DNA of 39,750 bases, from NCBI GenBank assembly GCA_003990765.1, contig RBNJ01000135.1, forward strand, positions 1 to 39,750, read 5' to 3'. Positions 12,218 through 22,878 of this stretch are shown here, piece by piece (positions within the stretch are counted from its first letter, which is position 1; each line of letters begins with the position of its first letter). This DNA comes from Jimgerdemannia flammicorona (Eukaryota). The notes under the pieces are model-generated. The model was not told the DNA's origin, searched no databases, and worked only from the letters and a program-made list of their open reading frames with translations. Position numbers and translations under genes: made by a program.

Positions 12218-14065
12218 TTAAAGCTCAGCTGGAGTCACCACTACCACCTTCTCAGCCCTACCACAGATAATTGCCTTCCATTTCTCACAGATAGCCCTCC
12301 AGATATGGGCTCCATTCCCACTACTGCAGAAGGCATCTACTTACTCTGATGCTACCTTCCTGATATCAGCCATATGGTCCTCATCTATCTCATATCCTTC
12401 ATTATCCAGAAGTGCTGCCACTATCACTATCACCAACTTCGGCCCCTGCAATGCCACATTGAGGAACCCTTCCCAGGCCTCCTGCGATCTATTGAATACA
12501 TCCACTTCCTTGATGTCCTCCTCTGCAAGTTTCTTGAGCACTGCCTGATCCCAGTCATCTGCTGTCATCACCATGGGCCCAGAAGTGGCTGGCCTCGGGG
12601 TCCTACTCAGCTTCTGTAGCATCTCTCTATCTGCTGACATGTCAGATACCACATCCACCAGGTTGTCCTCCTCAGTGCCTTTCTCTAGCCGAACCACTTC
12701 ACCCACTTCTGGACATTCCCAATAAACATTTACTACTTCTGCCATATGGACATCCTCCAACTGGGTCTCTGGTACCACCTCAACAATCTCCTCAAAGCCC
12801 CCCACAGTCACCTCCTCCTTATCAGCCCACTTCTCCTTAACTGGTACATGAGTGGAGTTCTCCACACCCCCTAGTTGTGAAAAGGACACCTCAACCATCT
12901 CCACCTCTTCTATCTGATTTTTGGCCACCTCTGCTCTTTCCTTCTCCTCTCTTTCTGAGCCCTGGAGGACTGTCTGCAGGTACTCCCAGTTCACCCTTCA
13001 TCACCTCTTCCTCCTCCCATCTGTTGGGATCCAGATCCAGTCTTTGGCAAACTCCTCCCACTGCCACTTCTGCAGTTTCTTTGCAGCCTCTCTCTCCTCT
13101 AGGGTGACTAGCAATTCCTCCTCCTCCTGTTCAGAACCCTTCCTCCTCCACACTTTGCACTCCTGCCCTTTGATATAGATTACTTCTGGCCAATCCCTCC
13201 CTTGCCCTGTGGCCTTCTTGCCTTCCAGCCTCACTATCACCTCGCAATTGCCATTCCTCAGCTTAGTCCTCTCCCAGAACATGAATCCAAAATCAACCAT
13301 CTTGCCAAATGCCCCCAGTGCCTCTGCTACTATTCCTTTGGTCTCCTGTCTCCCCAATGTTGGCAGCCCTTCAATTACCAGATGTACTACCTGCAGGTCC
13401 CATCTCAGACACCTCGCTATGTCAACCTTGATGTTCTTGATAACCAGCCCTTTCTCCAAGGCCTTCACCATCTTCTCCTCCTTGACAAATCCTATCTCAA
13501 CTATCTCAGCTGATGGGATGAACTTCAGTGACTCTGCCCCTGCAATCTCCTCTCCCACTAGCTACAAGACCTCCCTTGCAGACATCCCCAGTCCCAGAAA
13601 ATTCACTGAAATGGCCCACATCAACACCAACTTATGGAAGAAGGGATGCACCACCAGTTTGCTAGAACCTGCTGCCATCATCACCTTTTTCCAGTTCTCC
13701 AACACTCCAGCAGTCACCCCAGCCACCGGCCCAGCCCCAGGAATATCAGTCCCAGCCACACCACTTCTGGACCCCTGGCCCCTAGCAGGCACCTGACCTG
13801 TCACTTGACTAGTCACCTGGCCAGTCACCTGACTTCCACTCCTGTCAACACTACATCCCCCCTGCCCTACCCCCAAGGGCCTAGTAGCTGCCCTCCTGCC
13901 CCCCATCACAGTGTGCCAACTCTCAATACCCACCTGTCTCCCCTGACCACCTACTCCTCTCATCCCTACACCAGCTCCAACTGTTACTGCAAAACTCTTA
14001 GGGAGACCCAGACCAGGCCTCCTTCTCTCCAAACACTCAGAGCTTGATGAACCCTGGGTTGCCAT
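12218..14065 (-). pseudogene. LINE ORF1 (nucleic-acid chaperone-like, ~615 codons), interrupted by in-frame stops
   Basis: ORF-track pieces 13562-14065, 13001-13558 and 12341-12994 share one frame and are separated only by TAG (13562), TGA-TGA (13003-12998) and TAA (12341). The frame ends at TAA 12218-12220, just before the ORF2 ATG. Confidence 0.8.
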
Positions 14066-14245
14066 CTGATGAAAACTCCACCGAAACAGATGAGACTTGT
14101 TGTATACTGTAGCTAGACTCCTGCTGCACCTTATACACCAGAATAGATGATGGGAAAACTTGAAAACATGTTGCTTGTTATGAAAAGATGTCTGTATGGC
14201 TTAGCTTGCTCTGAATGGTTCGAGCAAAAGGAGTCCAGTTTGCTC

Positions 14246-14262
14246 CCCAGTCATCCCACCAC
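14246..14262 (+). repeat. Right target-site duplication of the LINE (17 bp)
   Basis: Identical to 8411-8427. Confidence 0.95.
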
Positions 14263-14288
14263 ATGCCTCCTACTAAACTGAAAATCAG

Positions 14289-14867
14289 ATGGACATCAAT
14301 CATCCAGAATATCTCCAGGCGAGAAGTCGAGACGATGAAAAACTTCGTGTACATCCGTGAGTCTACGCCTGCTTTACAATTCCAGTTGAAGGAGTCTCAA
14401 AAGAATTCTTGGTTAAAGTAGAACATCCATAATTTGGCAGTCAGCGATTCTCGGCGGATGTCGTTCAAGTCAACGTCGTCCTCTTAGATGGGAAATCCAT
14501 TTCCTTCTCGGTCGAAAAAACTGACACCATGGGCAAAGTCAACTATCTGTTAGACAGTAAGGTCAGTTAAGTAATGAATATTTGACACTTTAAACGTTAC
14601 CTGGCCCGCTGTTTCGCTTAGCCTCTTTATATTTTTAGCACAACCCTTACAGCATGGTGTATATTCTCGAACGATGGGTTGATGGGCAATATACTGAAGT
14701 CACGTCAAATGACGAAGACCGTACTCTGGTGGACCTCGGTCTCCCTGCCGAAGTTCAATTGGCGATGAGGGTATATATCCATAGCCAACATATTCTTCGC
14801 TTTTTTGGTATTCAATTTGGTGGTAATTCAGCCTTCGCTTTCTCTAAAATAACAGAAGACCGAATAA
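14289..14867 (+). CDS. Small ubiquitin-like/UBX-like beta-grasp protein, 110 aa
   Basis: Exons 14289-14356, 14441-14561, 14639-14770 and 14856-14867 (333 nt, GT-AG introns). Protein ...VQVNVVLLDGKSISFSVEKTDTMGKVNYLLDSKHNPYSMVYILERWVDGQYTEVTSNDEDRTLVDLGLPAEVQLAMRKTE follows the ubiquitin/UBX pattern (LDGKSI..VEKTDT; DRTL.DLGL). No C-terminal GG. Confidence 0.7.
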
Positions 14868-15106
14868 TTACTGGGATTGTTTATGTGATTGCAATATAAA
14901 GTCCGCCCAATAAAATCTTTTCCCCAAACCTTGGGACGTTGTATATACAAGGAAAAATTGTCACCGCGCACCATAATTAGCATGACAAGATGCGCAAAAC
15001 CGTGTTTTGCACTGGGCATACAATATTTAAAGTGGAATAATCCCAATGCAGGGTTTTTTTGTCGACCTTCGACTTGTCATTGTGAACGAACCCAGCATCT
15101 AAGAAA

Positions 15107-18100
15107 ATGTCTCCATCCAAACCTGACGACGTGTTCATTAATATTCCTCAGGTAACTTCGGTGTCAGGTGGCTCAGCAAATACAGTCACTGACGACGCTT
15201 CTCTGGAGAGCGTAACGTTTGTAACAGAATATGAGGAAGGTACGTAATATCTGTAACATCGCGAGTTATCTTGGATAACTGTGGCTTAAGATTGTAACGA
15301 CATATATCACTTTCAACAAGGAGGACCTGCCGACCCGATACGTTACGCCAAAGGGACGGCTAGCATATCGGGAACGTTCTATTTCGAGGTGGACTTGGGC
15401 AGCGAAGCCCGACCAAGGTGAGTATATTATATTACGAAATCCACTAGGCCACACTTCACATTTTTCGCTGACATGATATTTAATTTTATAAGCTCTGTCT
15501 GGATTGGATTTGTCCACAATTCATGGTTTTCAATGAGCGGGAAAGAAAAATTGAATACAGGTAAACTTCGTCTCGTTCTCAGCAACGTCCTTATTTCTAA
15601 CGAAATTATATTATTTTACTGCAGATCCTCAGGACACATGGGGTTATGATGTCGCATCCGGATCACTAAAGTATGGAGATATGTTATATGCGTGCGACCC
15701 CATCCCGGTCCAGTCTGGCAACGTCACAATCGGATTTGGTTTAAAAAAATTTCGAGACGAAAACGAAGAGAACTGTTGGTCAATTATGTACGTGAACAAT
15801 GATGGACATGGAAAAGGTACGATTTCAATTCGGCTTACTCTGCAATGACAGCCGATGGCTCTCTCATATTCCTCGTTCTGCAATAATACTATAGAATTCG
15901 TGAAAAAGGAACAGTTTCCCGACGATCTGTATCCCGTGGTTCGCTGGGAACAACCGGGACAAACAGTGAATATCAACTGCAAGCCTCCCTTCACGCACAA
16001 CCACCCAAATGTAGTTCGAATTCCCCATCAAGCTGACATAGGTGTGTTCGAATGTTCGCCCGATCGTCACTATGCAGCATTCTATGGCGGTTTTGACGGG
16101 ATTCTGTCGGTATGGCGACTTTACGATCCGGAGTCGCCCAATCGCATGGCCCCTGAATTCGTGCAGTATGCTACGATTCAGAAATCGATATTCAGAATAA
16201 CCGACGCACCCAGCGTCGCTTCAAATGAAAATCTTCACAAGAACTTTTCTTTGGCTGTTTCAAATACAGCCGACAAACAGTTACCGCAGATCGCGCTCTC
16301 ACGCTATCAAAGCGATTCTCCTCTTGAGAATTGTGAAGTGCTATTCCTCAGATTTGTCGATGATACATTGGTGGAGCGTGCACGACGCCAGCCACAACTC
16401 GCAGGCCATATCAATATTTTGGATGATGGCAACACGCTACTGATCTTGAGTCAAGAACATTTCTTTGTCATGGACATGAATTCACAAAAGCTATTGCTCA
16501 CATTCGATTCTGGAAGGTTGGATATGATAGGAACCATACAAAAAGTGGGTTTTTGTATGATTGCAACGATGGAAGGCATACCTCCGATCACATCTCTTGG
16601 ATCTGAACATTTCTTGTGGTACGGCCATCCTGGCCATTGTTCCTTGTGGCATGCTTCGACCGGACGTTTAATTCAAACTTTTCGTCACAGACTCCAACAA
16701 GAGGACAGGCACGATTACGATTGGCGTTATAACCTGGTCGCTTTTTATGGTTTCCACGGGTTGAAAATCTATGACGCTCAGACAGGAATACGGATCAGTG
16801 AGGCCGCCCGACAGAACGACCCAAACATGTGTATCGTGGGCATGACATTCCTCACGATGGTAGAGGATCCTATCATTCTGACGATTGACGCCAACGAAGC
16901 TGAATACGTTATGCGCATTTGGAATCCTCTGACTGGCCAAAGATTTGGGGATGATGTGACGAGGGCTCACACTCTCTCTCACATGATCAAATATTGTTAT
17001 CTTGCCGTCATACGCCATGAAAATGGGCTACCCTCAGTCTATCTCGTGACACCAAGGCTTTCAGGTACAATCGAGTGCGTACTTTTACCTAATCTGTTTC
17101 CGATACCTGCAACGGAGACACGACCGGAGAATTTAGATCTCGGCAACCCACCGGATTATGTACCATTAAAGAAGCAGGAAAATCAAGGTGCAGAAAATCA
17201 TGGCAAACGGCAAGCCGTAAAACTTATATATCATAGTTCGGCAAAACACTGGCAAGTCGAGATCCGCGGATTCAGGACAAATCCTGGTATGCTCCATTGA
17301 AAATTTTCTTTCTTTTGATATGTTGACCATCCACAAAATTTAACACACGTTTCCTGTATAATTAACATAGTCGTTGTTGTTCCGGAGCCGTGGACCACAA
17401 ACAAGCCGGCGTGTCAATGGCTGTCCGACGAACGGCTAATAATCGCCGGCCGACAAACTATTCAAATTCTCGACGCAAAAACGACATCACAAATGACACC
17501 CGCAATACAAAATCTGTGGTGTGTTCCATCCGGAGGAGCAACTACAGCTATTACCAGCATCAAGCTCATCAAGTCAAAAGATAGCACCAACTGTCAACAG
17601 GTTGATGTAGTGTACCAACATGAGAGGAAAACACACAAGGAGAAAATCGAGACTGAGCTCTCTACAATTTCGCCCAAGCATGCGTCTCGTTATCTTCAGA
17701 TTGCTGGTGAGGCTTACAAGGACAGTAAGAATTCGATTGTATATCGGAAAATACTGAAAGAATCATTGGAATCAAACGACGCATATTCAGTATTGAATCA
17801 CGTTGAGTTCAAAACGCTGACATCCACCATGGGCCACATTGTCAGAGGTCCAACCAAGGAGGCGACTGCACGAGTAAATGAATTTTTGAAGAAACGGAAC
17901 GTATTCATTCCCAGGTTCTACGAAAATACTCTGTGGAACCGAAGTGCATTGACAGAGGCATTGGAAACAGCAAATTTTCGAATAGTGGAAGACATCGTAC
18001 GATATTGTTTGAACGCAGCGTCGACAGACAACAGGACCGCATATTCATCTTTGGAGCCTGGATGCATCGCTGTCGTCATAGCAGCTTTACCCGATATCTT

Positions 18101-19729
18101 TCGAGTTAAGCCCCTGTTGGGCGCCAAAATTGCGAAATATATGTCCAACATTCGAGTGAGTGAGTTTACGCCGACACCTTACGAGTGCGAAGAGCAGGAA
18201 CCAGAGTCTAGCAAGACAGATATGTTTTCGTATGCGCATGGCGAGCAACTTTCAAACGGGGGATTGTTGATCCCAACAGGATTGGCTTGGATTAACAGTC
18301 TATCAATCTTTCGATGGAATGAGATGCGTCGAGAAGTTCGCCCCGTACAAAGATGCATTTCACCGTTATATGGTATCAATCGCTATCCACCACAAGCATC
18401 TCCCTCTCGTCTCAGTCCTTTTGCTCGACTCGCCTTCCAACAAAGCTCTGTTTTCGACGAGCCAGCATTTCATGCCCTTGTTCAGTATAAATGGGACACT
18501 TTTGCACGGTGGTATTATTTGGTCCTTATCATCCTATACATCACGTATGCTCTTATATATCTGATAGCGACCAGTATTTCTCCGTATGGTTTAGCCATCC
18601 CGGGAGTCAAATGGACAATTTTCATTCTATCAGTGTTTTTTCTGCTTTGTGATCTGCGATCCATGTTGATACGTTGGAAGAGTTTTACATATTGGACTTC
18701 AGTTCACCACTGGGTTGATCGCGTCGCCTTCGTAATGGCGTTTATTAGCACAATCCTGACTTCGTTAGACAATGATCGTTCCATAGACTTGCAAGCATGG
18801 ACGGTGTTGATTCTTTGGGTCTTTGTCGTCTTCAATTTTAGGGTTTACAAAGGGTTAGTTTAGAGCACTGGTTTTTATGATCGTTTTTGTGTTTGTATAT
18901 ATGTTAAGGGCATGTTTCTATGACGTCATTCTTTGAAGCATCGATCTTACTGACACTTTCCCACGTCGCCTACCTCAGCATAGGCCTTTTCCTCGGTATC
19001 CTGATAGAGATTCTGGGCAATATTGGCTGGCTTTTGGTTCTTATGACGTCAGTCCTCTTCGCTTTCGCGCATGCAATGTGGATCCTTCTTCGCAACGCGC
19101 CGGGACCAACGACCGGTACAAACCCATTCATCGCCGTGGACAGCTCCTTAAAGGAAGTCTGGGCTTTCCTGGGAGCGGATTTCGCGGCGGTGGATGGCTG
19201 GGATGCCGGCCGATCGCTTGATATCATGCGTGTGTGCTTTGCCTTCATCACTACAGTCGTCCTTTTGAACGTTTTGAGTGAGTGAAGCGGTTTGGTTGAC
19301 AGCACATTCTGAGAACTTGGTACATGAACGAAAATATATCCCGTACTTACCATGTCATGTTTCGCCACTCTACTATCGTAGTTGCCATCCTCAATGACGT
19401 TTACAGCGAGACGCGAATTCGGGCACACAAGACGTGGATTCGAAACAGAGCCGAGTTCATTGCCACTGTCGAAGTCTTTCTGTTGACATCGGATCAACAA
19501 CAATATAGGCGAGTATCTAGGAGGAACTTTTTTTTTAAAATTCATCGGGAAATTGCGAATATGCGAGACTAATACGTCATTTGAACAATATCACTTGGGG
19601 TGGTTTTTTATGATATTTAGGAATTGGTTTCCATCGGTTATTTTCTATGAGACAGACAGCCATGCGTTTTCCAAATATGAAGAGGAAGTGAAGAACAAAC
19701 ATCCTTGGGTTGCTGCCACGGAGAACTAA
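15107..19729 (+). CDS. TRP-like cation channel with N-terminal SPRY domain and WD40-like beta-propeller region, ~1299 aa
   Basis: Exons 15107-15239, 15321-15417, 15493-15560, 15625-15816, 15895-17286, 17371-18853, 18979-19277, 19382-19508 and 19621-19729 (3900 nt; the last intron needs a GC donor). SPRY motifs: GTFYFEVD, VWIGF, TWGYD..SG, TIGFG, LYPVV...PGQTVNIN..PPF. WD-like: LSVWRL, SLWHASTG, LKIYDAQTG, MRIWNPLTG. Channel: FDEPAFHALVQYKWDTFA, six hydrophobic segments, pore WAFLGAD, S6 VVLLNVLIAILNDVY, then RAEFIA..E and WFPSVIFYE. Confidence 0.85.
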
Positions 19730-20116
19730 TTGTTAGTTAAAGGAAATTGTCTATTAGATATATTGATTTATTCATTTTATATTGAGAAAAAGGTGGACAG
19801 TATTGAGGCATTAGTTAGATTATCCTTAGGGCAAAGAGCAGCATTTTATGATAATTCAAATAACGCGCTTTTACGCGTTAGTGACGTAAGCAATCTCCAA
19901 ATAAATGTTTGTGGTTAGTGTGGACCATGCGGTTTTTGCTTCGTGCGGGACTGAGACTCAGTATTATTATTTCCCTCCCCTTCTCGATGATCGAATCTGC
20001 TTTCTTTCTGAAACTTCTGTCTTATTCTTCTTTCCTGCCGTGTTGCAGATCGTCAACTCGGTCAACCACGTCTTGTCGACCAACAACATGAAGCACTGGA
20101 AGCTATTTCAACTGTG

Positions 20117-21335
20117 TGTGGGGATGGACGATTGACGGTGGATTACGAATGAGATGATTTCCATGAGGCGGTGGTGGAATACTGAGGTGGTTTTCTTGCA
20201 TGTATGAGATGTTTTTTTCTCATTTGCGAATCTTGGCGAGCATGCAATGTATGGCATCGTCAACACGGCTGTCGACTGGGTGGTCATCAAGATTGTGTCC
20301 AATGGCATCTGTAGCAGTGATAAAAACCATGGCACACAAGTATTTTACGTCCATTACCTCTGATTAGTTTTGCCATTATGCCAGACGGAACTGACGTGCG
20401 AGATGACATATGCATCTGTGAAGAGACTGATCGGTCAGATCAAGTAGATTTTTATCAGCAGTTTGGAACGTCGAAATGAGTGCGCACATCTTTGAATTTT
20501 TGTGCATGCGCAAGATAAAGTCATTGTGCGAAATAAAAATATAAAAGAATCAGATCCATAATTACAATATGTGTTTGATATTGGGCTATGGATGATTCCA
20601 GTCAGCTTTGGCGTTGTCAGAAATGGACGTACGGAGGTTGTATTCTCTATGTATATGTTTTACAAAATCGGAATATATTGATAGGTCCGTCCTCGATTCA
20701 GATGCCAAGGCCGTTGTTCAAAGTGATTACACATCAGTTTTATTCATAGTCTACAAAGCTCAACCCTCCTAAATAAGTTTGAGGGTGATTTGTAAGGAAA
20801 AGTGCCGATTTACGTTTTGTAAAAGGTGAGTCAATCCATAGGCTATTAAAATAAATAAATAAAATAAACTGCTGTGGTATCGTGTACCAGATATCAGACA
20901 ATGTAAACCCACCATCCCCTGTAATCGCACCCCTCTGCCACATCCTGTTCATCTCTAGTTACCATTGTTTTCATCCCCATCAGCACGTTGTCCAGGACCA
21001 TCAACACCAAATGCTGCTGCAGCGTGACGCCCATTGTCCCGTACCATTATCCATACAACAGAACAAACCCATGTTTCCCACGCATCCGAGTTGTTTGTCT
21101 TTCTGGTGATCAAACGACTGTCAAGGAGACAGGGTTGAAGGTCGAAGAGGAAGAAATTGGTGGCCATCATTGCAAAAGAAGAGGCAAAATTGTGCTGGAT
21201 GCTATTATAAAAAAATGTCGAGGACACAGGAATTTGAGTTTTTCCAGTTCGTATATACATTAGCCCTCGCGATTGGTAGCCCTGCCACGTCTTGGTAGCA
21301 GTCGCGTTAAATAAGTGGGCGGCGTCCCACTACAT
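20117..21335 (+). repeat. ~1.2-kb dispersed direct repeat, copy 1
   Basis: Collinear and near-identical, with small indels, to 33636-34838, from TGTGGGGATGGACG to GGCGTCCCACTACAT. The ORF track shows the same 70-aa ORF at 20740-20952 and 34269-34481. Confidence 0.95.
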
Positions 21336-21345
21336 TAGTGATGTC

Positions 21346-21477
21346 TTGGTGTCAAGAGAAGATTGGAAGATGCTGAAACATAGTAGAATATTTAAGAAAA
21401 GACAAGAAAAGACTAGAGAAAAGATGTGAAAAAGTACTAAGACTAAGATATGACTGTGAAATTATTACAGACATAGA

Positions 21478-21526
<49 letters not shown>

Positions 21527-22450
21527 TAATTTAAAAAGTATGTTAGATTTTTTTATTTTGTTTTTTTTAGTCTTTTTGACTTCTCAGAGTCCTTAGCTAG
21601 AGTACAGGGATGAGTTTGAAATATATCTGCCTATAGACTTACTAGTTTCTTTACTTTAAATAGTTTCAATCTGAGGTTTATTTACTTTAGATATTAGAAT
21701 TATTTATACAGATTTGCTAGCTATATATATGTATAATAGTTATATAAGTTATGAGTTATTCTGTCTTCTATACTATCTTTTATATTATCTTAGATATATA
21801 TTATATTATATATTATCTAACTTTATAACTATTAACTATATACTATACTAAATTTGAAAAAAATATCTATTCTTATAATTATTTCTAATTTAGATTATAT
21901 ATTATACTATTTATCTTAAATATATTCAAAGATTATATTTATAGTAGCAAGAACTATATTTCTTATTATGATATTTATATTTATAATAAAGACTATATAT
22001 ATATATTTCTTATTACTAAAATACTTATACTTAATATACTTATACATATATCTTATAATATAACATATATACTAAAGATATTATACTTTACCACTAAGTA
22101 GAGCTTATAAACTTTGTAGTCATAAATAGAAAAAGTAATTTATTAATAATATAAAGTATATATTTTATATTGCAATTAATGGGTGATTTCAAATTAATAT
22201 AAAGTAGTATAAAATTACATATATATCAAGTTGTAATCTCAACAATTATAAAAATATATAGATCAGTTTTTTTTTTTTCTTTTTCTTTTTTAAATATGAA
22301 TTAGTGAGATATTGTTAAGATTAAAAATTCAAATAATTAATCATATCTTTAATATATCAAATTGATGATCAGACTAAAATAACTTTAAAAATATTTGGCT
22401 TGGTTGCTAAGCACTCTATATTTTTATTTTATATTTAGAATAAACTAGCA
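21346..22450. mobile_element. Very AT-rich degenerate repeat relic with an A39 tract (21486-21524)
   Basis: Abrupt drop in GC, TpA-rich, no ORF of 60 aa or more. The family cannot be identified by eye. Confidence 0.5.
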
Positions 22451-22878
22451 CTCATGACCTCTATGCATAAGTTTCTACCGTAGCTCCGCAACATGGATCG
22501 TGTGCCTTCCTTGCGGACAGCATCCCGATGAATGATAGTGAATTATTTTAGCCTCATCAAGGATCAGTAAAAGAATGGCAAACACCTTATGTATTATGTT
22601 AGGCAATATACGATGCAGCCTTTGCATAAGGAACGTTACGCATAAATAAGGCAAATACCTTCTGCCAGACCTGATCGAGTGAAACGTACATCTGCGAAAA
22701 TAATGCCTCTGTTCTGGTGTTTAGCCTGGCATAATATAAATCCAATTGCGACCTGCAAATCTGTAGGAAAATCGTATTGATATTTATCATCAACATTAAA
22801 TTGTATATTGATCTCCCTTACAGAGCAGAGAACTCAGAGTATTGTACAATACGACATATTGTCTAAAATTGAATTCTT

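Larger units (their letters stand above)
8428..14245 (-). mobile_element. Full-length, inactivated non-LTR retrotransposon (L1/Tx1-like LINE), 5818 bp
   Basis: Poly(A) tail appears as a T-run at 8428-8465. A perfect 17-bp TSD CCCAGTCATCCCACCAC lies at 8411-8427 and 14246-14262. There is a ~180-bp 5' UTR, then ORF1 and ORF2 with APE, RT and a Cys-His finger. Sequence is CpG-depleted with many in-frame stops. Confidence 0.95.

Noticed and set aside
8850-14047. Many Pro/Ser/His-rich plus-strand ORFs inside the LINE
   Set aside because: They are antisense shadows of the G-rich LINE coding strand and carry no recognisable motifs.
14215-14421. ORF running through the ATG at 14263 directly after the TSD, as the start of the Ubl gene
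   Set aside because: Its phase at the 14357 donor does not join the Ubl exon in frame, whereas ATG 14289 does. At most it is a uORF.
22450-22800. Possible extra exons or a gene fragment downstream of the coiled-coil gene
   Set aside because: Splice-like signals exist but I could not build a consistent reading frame or recognise a product.
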